Below are positions 16,061-25,609 of a stretch of 26,821 nt of DNA, piece by piece. Both the position numbers and the translations under genes were made by a program. Position 1 is the stretch's first letter. Each line of letters begins with the position of its first letter. The notes beneath the pieces were generated by a model. It saw only the letters and a list, made by a program, of their open reading frames with translations, ran no database searches and had not been told where the DNA came from. Source of the stretch: a virus. Its lineage: Duplodnaviria; Caudoviricetes. The DNA is taken from IMG/VR virus record IMGVR_UViG_3300027571_000061, positions 1-26,821 of that record. One strand, 5' to 3'.

Positions 16061-16122
16061 CATTGATACTTTTAATCGTGATTGCTTACCCAGTTATTCG
16101 GTACGTTAAAGAAAGAAGATAA
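16051..16122 (+). CDS. Micro membrane peptide (23 aa)
   Basis: MLITLILLIVIAYPVIRYVKERR*, TAATG-coupled to 16122. Confidence 0.4.
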   Translation: MLITLILLIVIAYPVIRYVKERR

Positions 16123-16364
16123 TGCACAAAAAAGACGTTTTGCTATTTATTAAACAGAGGATAGAGGCACTCAGTAAAATGAAGGCTTCTCAATTCGCTG
16201 GAAGAATAACACGAGAAGAGCAGAAACTGTATCAAGAGGCTTGGTCTTACATCGACCCAAAGGCTAAGGTTTGCTTTAGTTGCGGAAGGAGTCCGCAGAT
16301 TATGAGCGTTGCACTTCTGAACTATTACGAAGCTAACAAACCAAAGAGAAGAAAGAAGAAATGA
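16122..16364 (+). CDS. Hypothetical protein with CxxC
   Basis: CFSCG motif, basic C-terminus. Confidence 0.65.
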   Translation: MHKKDVLLFIKQRIEALSKMKASQFAGRITREEQKLYQEAWSYIDPKAKVCFSCGRSPQIMSVALLNYYEANKPKRRKKK

Positions 16365-16552
16365 AACAGAACGAGCAGCACGAGAACTACGGGCTTTATA
16401 TAACCCAAAACACTTACACGATGGACTTTTATTGTTTCAGTAGAGACGTAGCAGATTTGTACTGGAGCGGAGAGCCTTGCAAGAAAGCATCGGGCAAGAC
16501 ATCACAAGAAGCACTAAGCAATTATAAGAATGGAGTTTATAGCAATAAGTAA
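16361..16552 (+). CDS. Hypothetical protein
   Basis: 63 aa, ATGA-coupled. Confidence 0.6.
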   Translation: MKQNEQHENYGLYITQNTYTMDFYCFSRDVADLYWSGEPCKKASGKTSQEALSNYKNGVYSNK

Positions 16553-17147
16553 AGTTATACCCAACTCGGACAACCCGAGATACATTAAAGAGGAGAAGTT
16601 CAAGAAGCTAGTTCAAAGCCTGAAGGACTTCCCCGAGATGGCTAACGCTCGTCCTATTGTAGTCAATCAAGAGATGGTTGCGCTCGGTGGCAATATGAGG
16701 CTCAAGGCAATGCAAGAAGCGGGATGGACTGAAGTGCCCGTTAAGGTTGTGGACTGGTCAGAAGAGAAGCAAAGGGAGTTTATCATAAAAGATAACGTAG
16801 GCTTCGGAGACTGGGATTGGGACGAACTCGCGAACACTTGGGATGCTGAAGAGTTAAACGATTGGGGGTTAGATGTGCCTAACCTTGACGAGTTAGATAA
16901 CTTAGAAGATGGAGAAGAAATGGAACTTCCTCAAAGCGTTCAGCTTGAGCCGCCAATGGAATATATTATGGTTATGGCAGAACCTAACTCGGTAGAATGG
17001 GAGGAGCTAAAAGAAACCTTAAAACTAAGAATGGTAAGAAGGGGAGGATATAAAAAGGGTTCGGCATTTGATGCAATAGCATTAGAAAGAGTTTTAAAGT
17101 GGAATGACTTAAAAGAAAGACTAAATGCTGATAGCAGTACCAAGTAA
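16530..17147 (+). CDS. ParB/Sulfiredoxin-like N-terminal domain protein
   Basis: PNSDNPRYI, RPIVVN, LGGNMRLKA, REFIIKDNVGFGDWDWDEL, followed by a distinct C-terminal domain. Confidence 0.85.
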   Translation: MEFIAISKVIPNSDNPRYIKEEKFKKLVQSLKDFPEMANARPIVVNQEMVALGGNMRLKAMQEAGWTEVPVKVVDWSEEKQREFIIKDNVGFGDWDWDELANTWDAEELNDWGLDVPNLDELDNLEDGEEMELPQSVQLEPPMEYIMVMAEPNSVEWEELKETLKLRMVRRGGYKKGSAFDAIALERVLKWNDLKERLNADSSTK

Positions 17148-17844
17148 GGGAAGGGCTGGATTAACCACAACTGACAAGATTCTTCCGAATACTTGCACGT
17201 TTTTCATTCCCGAAAGCGAGTACCATCAATACAAGGGGCTTGTTAAAAACATAGTTTGCGTACCAAAAGAGATTAGAGGAATAACACCTACAAGGAACTG
17301 GATTCTAAAAAACACAGATGAGAAATGGGTGGTAATGCTTGATGACGATGCCAAATCAACTGGATATGTTAAAATGCACGAGCGTAATGCTCAAAACATC
17401 AAAATTAAAGACGAAGGATTTTGGAATGAGGAGTTTTTAAAATACTTTGACATTACCGAGCAATTGAAATACAAGATATGGGGGGCAAAGACAGAGGATG
17501 CCCCTCGTTCGGTATATCCATACAAACCAATACTTCTAAAAACATACGTCACAGCATCTTTAATGGGAATTGTAAATGATGGAGAGTATTATTTTAATGA
17601 GGAATTTCCAGTAAAGGAAGACTACGAGATTTGTCTAAGACACATAAAAGACAAAGGTGGTATTCTTGGCATTCGTTATTTACATTGGGAGAATGACCAC
17701 TGGACAAAAGATGGAGGATGCAAAGATTACAGAACCGTTGAAATGGAAAGGGAAGCAATAAAGAAGCTAATTAAACTTTATCCGGGCACGGTTCGTTCAG
17801 CCAAAAGAAAAGCAAACGAGTTTACTATTCAGCTAAACCTTTAA
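17125..17844 (+). CDS. GT-A glycosyltransferase, TET-associated (TAGT/GREB1-like) type
   Basis: IAVPSKGRA, GITPTRNWIL, VMLDDD (DxD), KEDYEICLRHI, C-terminal GGC. Confidence 0.72.
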   Translation: MLIAVPSKGRAGLTTTDKILPNTCTFFIPESEYHQYKGLVKNIVCVPKEIRGITPTRNWILKNTDEKWVVMLDDDAKSTGYVKMHERNAQNIKIKDEGFWNEEFLKYFDITEQLKYKIWGAKTEDAPRSVYPYKPILLKTYVTASLMGIVNDGEYYFNEEFPVKEDYEICLRHIKDKGGILGIRYLHWENDHWTKDGGCKDYRTVEMEREAIKKLIKLYPGTVRSAKRKANEFTIQLNL

Positions 17845-17857
17845 CAGAGAATAAACA

Positions 17858-18259
17858 ATGAACGAAGGCGGAACACCTGACAACCTTAAACCCTTCAAGA
17901 AAGGCGAAAGCGGCAACCCTAGCGGCAGACCGAAGAAGATTGAGACGGTTCTAAAGGAACACTTCTTAGAAGAACATAACCTTAAACTATCCAAGTCTCA
18001 GACTCAGGACATCATAAAGAATATTTTAGGCAAAACACGCAGTGAACTGATTGAATTGTCTAAAAATGACGAGCTGCCTTTTTGGATTGCGCTAATTGCG
18101 AACAAGGCACAACGAGACTTCACGAAGGGTTCGATTCATATACTCGATGTTTTGTTTGACCGGGTTTACGGTAAGCCAAAAGAGGAGGTTGAGCAGACCG
18201 TGAACGGTGGGAAGCCTGAGAAGATAGAAGTAGTAATCCGCAGACCGAATGAAAATTGA
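17858..18259 (+). CDS. terS: Terminase small subunit (DUF5681-type N-terminus)
   Basis: NLKPFKKGESGNPSGRPKK and LFDRVYGKP; directly upstream of TerL. Confidence 0.8.
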   Translation: MNEGGTPDNLKPFKKGESGNPSGRPKKIETVLKEHFLEEHNLKLSKSQTQDIIKNILGKTRSELIELSKNDELPFWIALIANKAQRDFTKGSIHILDVLFDRVYGKPKEEVEQTVNGGKPEKIEVVIRRPNEN

Positions 18260-19433
18260 GGGAACTGGCGTATTTGATGACCTCTGGAAAGCACTTAATG
18301 ATAAATCCATTCGGGGAATTGTGTTGGAGGGTGGAAGCCGCTCCAGTAAAACGTGGTCTATCTGCCAAGCACTCCTCTTACTTGGTACGCAAGAGCCGAA
18401 GAGGTTCGCTATTGCAAGGTGGAGACGGACGTGGATTAAACCGACAGTCCTTGACACGTTTAAGAAGGTCTTTGCAAGTGTTGAAAGCTGGAACGAGGAC
18501 TCGTTTAACAAGAGCGAATTAACATACCAGCATTACGGTTCTTCCTTTGAGTTCTACGGCTTAGATTCACCGCAGAAGCTACACGGTATCGAGACGGACT
18601 TCTTTTGGCTTAATGAAGCAATCGAAACAAGCAAGGACGACTTCGACCAATTGGAGCAAAGGTGCAAGGGCAAGTGGATTCTAGACTACAACCCGTCAAC
18701 GGACGAGCATTGGATTTATGATAATGTTCTGAAACGGGATGACGTGGTTTTGATTCATTCCACGATGTTGGACAATACCTTCCTTGACCAGCATATAAGA
18801 GACAAGATAAACAGTTACCAGCCAACGCCTGAGAACATATCAAGAGGAACGGCAGACGAATACAAGTGGAAGGTCTACGGATTAGGAGAAAGGTCAAGAA
18901 GAGAAGGCGCCATCTACGAGAACTGGACAGAGACTAAAGACTTCCCAACGGGTTACAAGTGGAAGGCTTACGGACTCGATTTTGGATTCACTAACGACCC
19001 GACTGCACTCGTTGAGGTTGTATACCAAGAAGGCAAACTTTGGGTTCGGGAGTTACTTTACGAAACGGGGCTAACGAATGCAGACATAGCGAGAAGGTGC
19101 GGACTGCAAAGGTCGGACGAGATTATAGCGGATAGCGCAGAGCCAAAGAGCATTGAGGAGATAAGACGGTCCGGGTTTAGAATTAGACCAGTAACCAAAG
19201 GAGCGGATTCGATTCGGTCAGGCATTGACAAGCTGAAGTCGGTTCAGATAATGGTACACCAAGACTCAGTAAATGTTATCCGCGAACTAAGGAACTACGC
19301 TTGGAAGAGGGACTACAAAACCAACCAAGTAACCAACCAAGCGGAGGACGATAACAACCACGCACTCGATGCCTTGCGCTACGTGGCTATGGAGAAACTA
19401 AAAACTAACTCAGGGAAATATTTAATAAGATGA
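18249..19433 (+). CDS. terL: Terminase large subunit (PBSX-like)
   Basis: GGSRSSKT (Walker A), WLNEA (Walker B), DYNP, GLDFGFTNDPTA, ADSAEPKSI, NHALDALRY. Confidence 0.95.
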   Translation: MKIEGTGVFDDLWKALNDKSIRGIVLEGGSRSSKTWSICQALLLLGTQEPKRFAIARWRRTWIKPTVLDTFKKVFASVESWNEDSFNKSELTYQHYGSSFEFYGLDSPQKLHGIETDFFWLNEAIETSKDDFDQLEQRCKGKWILDYNPSTDEHWIYDNVLKRDDVVLIHSTMLDNTFLDQHIRDKINSYQPTPENISRGTADEYKWKVYGLGERSRREGAIYENWTETKDFPTGYKWKAYGLDFGFTNDPTALVEVVYQEGKLWVRELLYETGLTNADIARRCGLQRSDEIIADSAEPKSIEEIRRSGFRIRPVTKGADSIRSGIDKLKSVQIMVHQDSVNVIRELRNYAWKRDYKTNQVTNQAEDDNNHALDALRYVAMEKLKTNSGKYLIR

Positions 19434-20017
19434 AATTTTTAAGAAAAACAAAATACTACGAAGGAATTGTTTACGAATGGAATCTGCCAAGTGGTTTCAC
19501 TTGCCCGTTTGCGCTTGAATGTTTAGTCAAGGTTGATAGGCATACGGGAAAGTTTGATAACAAGAGCAAAGCGTACCGATGCTATTCCGCGATGCAAGAA
19601 CGTTTCCCCGCTGTAAGAAACTATAGGTGGAGTAACTTTGATTATGTTCGAGACGGTGGTGTTCCATTACTACCGAAGAAAGCGGAGTCTATAAGAATAC
19701 ATATGAGCGGAGACTTTTATTCTCAGAAGTATTTCGATATGTGGTTAAAGATATGCAAGGACAACCCAACTGTTGAATTTTGGGCTTACACTAAAAGCCT
19801 AAACTATTGGGTAAACCGATTGAATGAAATACCCTACAATCTTATTTTAACGGCAAGTATGGGCGGGAAACACGACCGTCTAATTGAATTGCACGGATTA
19901 AAGAATGTTGAAATAATTAAGAAAAAAGAACAAGCAAAAGGCAGACCTATTGATACTTGCGATGACCAAGCTAGAAAGCCAAAAGTAAACTTCTGCTTAT
20001 TAGACAACTTTGCTTAG
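19430..20017 (+). CDS. GP88-family protein (Fe-S / radical-SAM-like)
   Basis: WNLPSGFTCPFALEC...CYS, IRIHMSGDF, FWAYTKS, NLILTAS. Confidence 0.7.
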   Translation: MKFLRKTKYYEGIVYEWNLPSGFTCPFALECLVKVDRHTGKFDNKSKAYRCYSAMQERFPAVRNYRWSNFDYVRDGGVPLLPKKAESIRIHMSGDFYSQKYFDMWLKICKDNPTVEFWAYTKSLNYWVNRLNEIPYNLILTASMGGKHDRLIELHGLKNVEIIKKKEQAKGRPIDTCDDQARKPKVNFCLLDNFA

Positions 20018-20050
20018 ACACAAAATAACCAATTCGCTATTTATAAGAAG

Positions 20051-20671
20051 ATGAAGATTGAATTACCTAACAGTTGGGAAGGCGTAACGATTGAGCAGTT
20101 CCAAGCCTTGCAGAAGATACTCGCGGAAAAAGGGGACGAGTACGCAACGAATGTAGCTATCATTTCTATAATGTCAGGCGTTCCAGTCGATGAGATTGAA
20201 ACATACGCTCTAAAGACTTACGCTAAGTGTATGCGGACACTATCCTTTCTATCTGAGCAACTGCTAGGACAAGTACAGAAGGTCGTAGAATTTGGAGGGC
20301 TTAGATACGATGTTATTACGGACGTTTATAAGTTGAACGGAGGGCAGTACATCACGCTTATGCACCTAATGAAAGACCCGGACAAGGTTATCGACCACCT
20401 TAACGAGATTATGGCGGTGTTCTTAGTGCCTAAAAAGAAGACTTGGTACGGTTGGAAGAAACAACCTTACGATTCAGAGAAGCACAAGGAGGTAGCGGAG
20501 GCAATGCTTCAAGCACCTATGACAATCGTACAACCTTTGTCGGCTTTTTTTTTGAGCAGTTATCTCAAGTACGCAGAACATATACTGGAATCTTCGGTGC
20601 GGAAAGCGGAGAAGATAAAGAAACAAGCGGAACGAAAGTTGAAACGTTTGAAACAAAATACGGATGGCTAA
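20051..20671 (+). CDS. Putative tail assembly chaperone (0-frame product)
   Basis: MKIELPNSWEGVTIEQFQ, MAVFLVP, ...SAFFL; contains a slippery T9 run. Confidence 0.6.
   Translation: MKIELPNSWEGVTIEQFQALQKILAEKGDEYATNVAIISIMSGVPVDEIETYALKTYAKCMRTLSFLSEQLLGQVQKVVEFGGLRYDVITDVYKLNGGQYITLMHLMKDPDKVIDHLNEIMAVFLVPKKKTWYGWKKQPYDSEKHKEVAEAMLQAPMTIVQPLSAFFLSSYLKYAEHILESSVRKAEKIKKQAERKLKRLKQNTDG
20545..20553 (+). other. Programmed -1 ribosomal frameshift site (T TTT TTT)
   Basis: T9 run phased as GCT TTT TTT TTG in the 20051 frame; the -1 frame is open to 20820. Confidence 0.7.
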
Positions 20672-20820
20672 ACGTGGTTAACAACTTGTCAAATAACGAT
20701 GCGACTAAGTGGGGTTATTTCTTCGCACTTCCTTTACGGGAGTTCTTAAACCTTATCTCATTCCAAAAGGCTAAGCAATCTCACGAATACCACCAACAGA
20801 AACAAAATGGCATTCGATAA
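20551..20820 (+). CDS. -1 frame extension of the tail chaperone (G-T-like fusion, about 256 aa total)
   Basis: FEQLSQVRRTYTGIFG...KYGWLNVVNNLSNNDATKWGYFFALPLREFLNLISFQKAK; fills the gap to 20807. Confidence 0.65.
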   Translation, partial: FEQLSQVRRTYTGIFGAESGEDKETSGTKVETFETKYGWLNVVNNLSNNDATKWGYFFALPLREFLNLISFQKAKQSHEYHQQKQNGIR

Positions 20821-21337
20821 ACTGATAGATGCGCTAAACGACTTCCGGGAGGAGTACACGAAAGCGTTAACAACATCTTTGCAAGGTGGTTCTACTTTAG
20901 GTAGTGGAGAAGGTCAGGGCTATGTAGCTTCAGGTAAATTAGGAACGTCTATAAAATTACCAGCGCAACCAAAGGTTAAGCTATTCGGTAAGATTTACAG
21001 TATGAAGATAACGATGCTTGACTACGGCATAACGCTTGACGAAGGTCGGGGTGCTGGAGAAGATGCGCCTTCAGTTGGAGACATTAAAAAGTGGTTGACT
21101 TACCCTAACGTACTGGCAAGACTTGGAGGAGACGACAAGCAATGGACTGACAAAAAAAGAACTAGCTGGGCGGAGTGGATTGTTTACAAGAAACTCAACT
21201 ATCCAACAAAGGGCAAGAACTGGATAAAACCAGCTTTTGACAAGGTAACGCCTAAGATTGCTGGAGTGGTCGAAGCGGCAATTGCTGAAGACATAGAACT
21301 AACATTTGCAGAAATCAAAAGAATAATAGAAGGATAA
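20807..21337 (+). CDS. Putative neck / tail-completion protein
   Basis: ASGKLGTSI, DYGITLDEGR, WIKPAF resemble HK97-gp10-like neck proteins. Confidence 0.5.
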   Translation: MAFDKLIDALNDFREEYTKALTTSLQGGSTLGSGEGQGYVASGKLGTSIKLPAQPKVKLFGKIYSMKITMLDYGITLDEGRGAGEDAPSVGDIKKWLTYPNVLARLGGDDKQWTDKKRTSWAEWIVYKKLNYPTKGKNWIKPAFDKVTPKIAGVVEAAIAEDIELTFAEIKRIIEG

Positions 21338-22638
21338 TGGCTATTTATTTAACGCAAGAGCCTGAGCAATACGGGTTAGCTTTTAACGATAACGCTTACG
21401 TTATTAAGACTACAAACTTAACTCCGACAGTACGGTTCAAGATTGACATTCTGCCCGAAACTTACCCATCAGAGCCGAAGATTGGAACGGTTAGAGTTTA
21501 CCCAGTTCAAGGCGAAAGCGGTTCACTTCTTCCAACCTTTGCGGTTAGTGCTTTCTTCGACCCATCGAGATTTTTGCAGTCGTATCTTGAGGGGGTTGTG
21601 GACATAGGCGCAACAAGTACGGAAGGATTCTTTTACGATAACACAAACCACAAGGAATACTACCTTAAAATAACTGAGGAGGACAAAGATGCACAAGGGG
21701 TTTACCACGAGAACGAGTCTATCTTTACTGATATTAAAAGCGTTTGGAATGGAGTTAGAAACGAGATAGATTGGCTGGACTTTGATTATACTGATTACCA
21801 AATAGACGGCTTCTCAACTGCTCATAAGTTCCTAACTGATTCACCGAGAACGATTAAGATAGATTCGTCTCAGCACTACGCTCTTTCGTTTATATTGACA
21901 GAAAGGTTCAGCGCAAACAGTTACGCAATAAAAGCCTATTCGGGTTACAACGCTTCAGGTTCTCTTTTAAACTCAGCTTTAGTAACTAACGACCTATCAA
22001 CAGACCCGACTTGGGACAAGAGGTACTTCCGTATTCCAGTCGGAACGCTTGACATTGTAACGCTTGACGCGGCTAATATGTTACCACTTGCCCCGACCGT
22101 ATCGATAACACCTTCGACTATTCTAGTAGGTGCTTCTAGTTACACTATCCAATTGAGAGATAACACCAATGCGTTAACGAGCGAGAAGTTCACATTTAAC
22201 ATAGAACAAGAATGCTCAAAGTACGCTCCAGTCCGGGTAGCTTGGCTCAACCGTTTAGGCGGCTTTGATTCGCACAACTTTAATATGAAGTCGATTGAGA
22301 AGATAGACGTAAAAAAGGACAATTACGACCAGCAAACAAACACGCTTGGAATCAATTCTTACGACTATCAAAAGAAGTCAAGGGGAACGACTACTTACAA
22401 CGTGGAACTAATGGAGAAGGTTACAATCAACTCTAACTACCTAACCGAAGAGGAAAGCGAATGGATGGAAGACCTAGTTACTTCGCCAAATATCTACATT
22501 GAAAACGATAGCAACGAGTTCATAGCGGCTAATCTAAACCAACGGAACATCGTTAAAAAGACAAGCCTAAACGATAAGCTAATGCAGTACACTTTTGAAT
22601 TAAGCTATTCAATTAAAAATAGGAGACAACGTGGTTGA
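21337..22638 (+). CDS. Tail structural protein (distal tail/baseplate-like)
   Basis: C-terminal WLNRLGGFDSHNF...SNYLTEEESEWMEDLVTSPNIY typical of Bacteroidota phage tail proteins. Confidence 0.6.
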   Translation: MAIYLTQEPEQYGLAFNDNAYVIKTTNLTPTVRFKIDILPETYPSEPKIGTVRVYPVQGESGSLLPTFAVSAFFDPSRFLQSYLEGVVDIGATSTEGFFYDNTNHKEYYLKITEEDKDAQGVYHENESIFTDIKSVWNGVRNEIDWLDFDYTDYQIDGFSTAHKFLTDSPRTIKIDSSQHYALSFILTERFSANSYAIKAYSGYNASGSLLNSALVTNDLSTDPTWDKRYFRIPVGTLDIVTLDAANMLPLAPTVSITPSTILVGASSYTIQLRDNTNALTSEKFTFNIEQECSKYAPVRVAWLNRLGGFDSHNFNMKSIEKIDVKKDNYDQQTNTLGINSYDYQKKSRGTTTYNVELMEKVTINSNYLTEEESEWMEDLVTSPNIYIENDSNEFIAANLNQRNIVKKTSLNDKLMQYTFELSYSIKNRRQRG

Positions 22639-25609
22639 GGTTAGGATTGAGGGCAAAAGGTTAGACGTATTTGAGGGGTTCGACTTCTCATTTAATTATG
22701 GAGTCGCTGACATTCGCAACCCGGAGAAGAGAAGCACGGAATATTCCAAGACGATAAAGTGCCCAGCAACAAAGTCTAACGATGCGCTCTTCGGACACAT
22801 CTATGATTTTAATATAAGCAACCCATACGATGCTAACACTTCTAATATCGATGTTAATTTTAACCCGAATAAGAAAGCGGAGGCGAGAGTAATAGCGGAC
22901 GGGGTGGAGGTTATGGCTGGAGTTGTTCAGCTTCGTAAGATAGTCCAAAACGGACACTCATACACTTACGAGGTGGTGTTTATCGGTAAGTTGCTGAACA
23001 TCTTCTCGGTACTTGGAGACAAGAAGCTAAACGATGTAGACGAGAATGCACTTCCGTTAATAGACTTCAGCGACCTGAACCACGAATACAATTATCAGAA
23101 TATTGTAGACTCTTGGAACTTCAACGAGGACTACGTTTACCCAATGGTTGACACGGCTACAAACTTTGAATACTTCTCAGATGGCGGCAGAGTTTACCGG
23201 GTGGAGGACTTTAGACCTTTCTTTAAACTAAAAAATATAATCGATAGAATCTTTGCATTCGCTGGGTTTACTTACACAAGTAGCTTCTTGAGCGGTTCGG
23301 TGTTTAGTCGGTTAATTACGGGCGACATAAAAGAAAGCACCTTATCGGATGCTCAGGTTGACCTTAGAAAAGCAATGGTCAATATAGGCGGTTCTTACGA
23401 TTTGCTTTCAGCTTCAGAGTCTACGCTTGGAAGTGGTGGTTGGACACATCGTTTTGATTATGGCTCAATTGTTTATGATGCTGGAAACAACTTTATACCA
23501 GCAAACGAAATTTACTTGAGTGGTTACCAAACAATTGCAACAGTCTCAAGCGTTGTAGATTATGTCGTAACAAGAACAAAGAGGACTTTTTATAGCATAA
23601 CGGGAATCGAGAGCCAACGGAGATTTTGGAAATACGATATTCTCTTTACTGGGCTCTGTAATGTGTACGAAAGAATCAACGGAGTGTGGACTTTAAGTTC
23701 ATCTAACGAATCAACAAGCCAAACTCTATACGACCTTACTGGAGATATTGAACAAGCGATTAGCAACATCACTCTTTCAGGAATAATCCTTAACGCAACA
23801 ACTGACGAGGACTACAGAGACTTGGCTGGGGTTTGGTTTATGGGGTTCGATTTAATGTATGGAAATATACAAGCACCTACATTCAATCATAACATTCGGA
23901 TGTTCAGCGACCAAAACGGATACGAAACTTTGTCAGAATTTGACTTTGTGTTATATCCTAATATGCCGCTCGGTCAAAGTATTAACCAGTCGTCAACTTC
24001 AAGCGTAGAAAGCGTTCAAGTTTACAACTCAAACTATTTATTTACCGAGTTAGTTATACCTAGAGAATTATCTCCGAGTTTATATTCTTATTGGAATGAA
24101 ATATTATTCGAAAACATTCTTGACGAGTATTCAATAACTCCTTCGGGCTTCTTTAAAATAGACGTTGAAAATAACGCGCTTTTGGAGCAGATGGAATTAG
24201 ATTTCAATTCAATTATTCCAACCGTTGGAATGAGCGAATTACTAACTTCTGTCTTTAAGATGTTTAACCTTTACGTTGAGGTAGACCCGAATAACGAGAA
24301 CAATCTTCTTATTGAAACAAGAGACGACTTTTACGCGGCTGGAGGAGTAAAGGATTGGACTTATAAACTTGCAAGAGATAGAGACATATCACTCGAACCT
24401 TTAGGCGTTCTAACCGATAGGGAATATATCTACACCTACTCGGAAGATGGCGACTATCTTAACGAGCGATACCAAAAGAATAGAGGACACGTTTACGGAA
24501 GGGCAAGGGTTGAGGTAGATAACGATTTTGTTCAGAGTTCAAAAGAGGTTGAGGTTGTATTCTCGGCAACTCCTCTAGCAAATGACAACCCAAGCAATAG
24601 AATAATTCCGCAGATTTACGACTCCGACACGGAAGAGGGGTACAAGCCAACTGAGGCAAATATTCGAGTGCTTTACTACGGTGGTCTTTTGCCGAGCAAT
24701 CCTTCTTGGGACTTCATAGGGCTTCAACCAGCACCACTAAACCAACCGAGTAATGCTATTTGGATTGCGCAAAACAATTATCCTTACGCTGGACATTGGG
24801 ACAACCCAATAACGCCAACCTTAGATATAAACTTCGGGCTACCTTATGAACTCTATTATCAAGCTAACGGATTCACGGGAACGCTTCAGGTAACGAACGC
24901 TGGGCTCTTTAATGTTTACCACCGTAATTACATCAACGAGGTAACGGACAAAGACAGTAAGGTAATGACTGCGCTCTTTTACCTTGAGCCGACCGATATT
25001 AACACGCTTGACTTCCGCGACCAAATAGTAATAGACAACGCTTACTGGAGGCTTAATAAGGTTATGAATTACAACCCGTTCAAAGAAGGACTAACTAAGG
25101 TCGAGTTGATTAAAGTAAAGGACGTTGTAACATTTAATCATAAAAACAAAGACTTGAACTCAGGCGGATTCTTAGGCAAAGAAAGAATGCCGAATCCATC
25201 AACTGAGATAAAGACCAACGGCAACAGATACCCAGCATTTCAAGGCAAGGTAAGCGGACGAGAGAATAGCGTAGGACATAGCGTAACGGCATTTAAAATA
25301 GTCGGAAGCAATAACACCATCTCAGAAGGCTCAAAGAACATTACAATCTTCGGAGACAATAACGAAGTAGCTGGAGGACTTCACAACGTCCAGTTAATTA
25401 ACTCTAACGGCTTACGAATAACTGACTCAAACGTAACCTTTGTAAACGGTAAGGAGCAAGAGAACCGAGATGTTTTAGATGGCGGAGAGAACACGGTAAG
25501 AGCGTTAAACGGAGGTACAAACATCTTCACGGTTGACGGTGGAGAGGACATAGTTCAGACACAATTTAGCGATAGTGCTATTTATACAATAGAAGGCGGA
25601 ATAGATTAA
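22631..25609 (+). CDS. Large tail tip/hub protein
   Basis: 992 aa; YSKTIKCPAT, YVYPMVD, KMFNLY...LIETRDDFY, WRLNKVMNYNP; C-terminal Asn/Gly beta-helix-like repeats and DGG motifs. Confidence 0.7.
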   Translation: MVEVRIEGKRLDVFEGFDFSFNYGVADIRNPEKRSTEYSKTIKCPATKSNDALFGHIYDFNISNPYDANTSNIDVNFNPNKKAEARVIADGVEVMAGVVQLRKIVQNGHSYTYEVVFIGKLLNIFSVLGDKKLNDVDENALPLIDFSDLNHEYNYQNIVDSWNFNEDYVYPMVDTATNFEYFSDGGRVYRVEDFRPFFKLKNIIDRIFAFAGFTYTSSFLSGSVFSRLITGDIKESTLSDAQVDLRKAMVNIGGSYDLLSASESTLGSGGWTHRFDYGSIVYDAGNNFIPANEIYLSGYQTIATVSSVVDYVVTRTKRTFYSITGIESQRRFWKYDILFTGLCNVYERINGVWTLSSSNESTSQTLYDLTGDIEQAISNITLSGIILNATTDEDYRDLAGVWFMGFDLMYGNIQAPTFNHNIRMFSDQNGYETLSEFDFVLYPNMPLGQSINQSSTSSVESVQVYNSNYLFTELVIPRELSPSLYSYWNEILFENILDEYSITPSGFFKIDVENNALLEQMELDFNSIIPTVGMSELLTSVFKMFNLYVEVDPNNENNLLIETRDDFYAAGGVKDWTYKLARDRDISLEPLGVLTDREYIYTYSEDGDYLNERYQKNRGHVYGRARVEVDNDFVQSSKEVEVVFSATPLANDNPSNRIIPQIYDSDTEEGYKPTEANIRVLYYGGLLPSNPSWDFIGLQPAPLNQPSNAIWIAQNNYPYAGHWDNPITPTLDINFGLPYELYYQANGFTGTLQVTNAGLFNVYHRNYINEVTDKDSKVMTALFYLEPTDINTLDFRDQIVIDNAYWRLNKVMNYNPFKEGLTKVELIKVKDVVTFNHKNKDLNSGGFLGKERMPNPSTEIKTNGNRYPAFQGKVSGRENSVGHSVTAFKIVGSNNTISEGSKNITIFGDNNEVAGGLHNVQLINSNGLRITDSNVTFVNGKEQENRDVLDGGENTVRALNGGTNIFTVDGGEDIVQTQFSDSAIYTIEGGID

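Noticed and set aside
16530-17147. Plasmid-prophage ParABS partition system
   Set aside because: Only the ParB-N domain is present, with no ParA or evident centromere-binding HTH; the context is modification/packaging.
6241-18522. Alternative-frame + strand ORFs 6241-6477, 13326-13508 and 18256-18522
   Set aside because: Nested within motif-supported genes, with no protein-like features or slippery-site support.
20443-20550. 20443 as an independent start for the 125-aa ORF
   Set aside because: TTG start deep inside the chaperone gene; the frame is better explained as a -1 frameshift extension from the T9 run.
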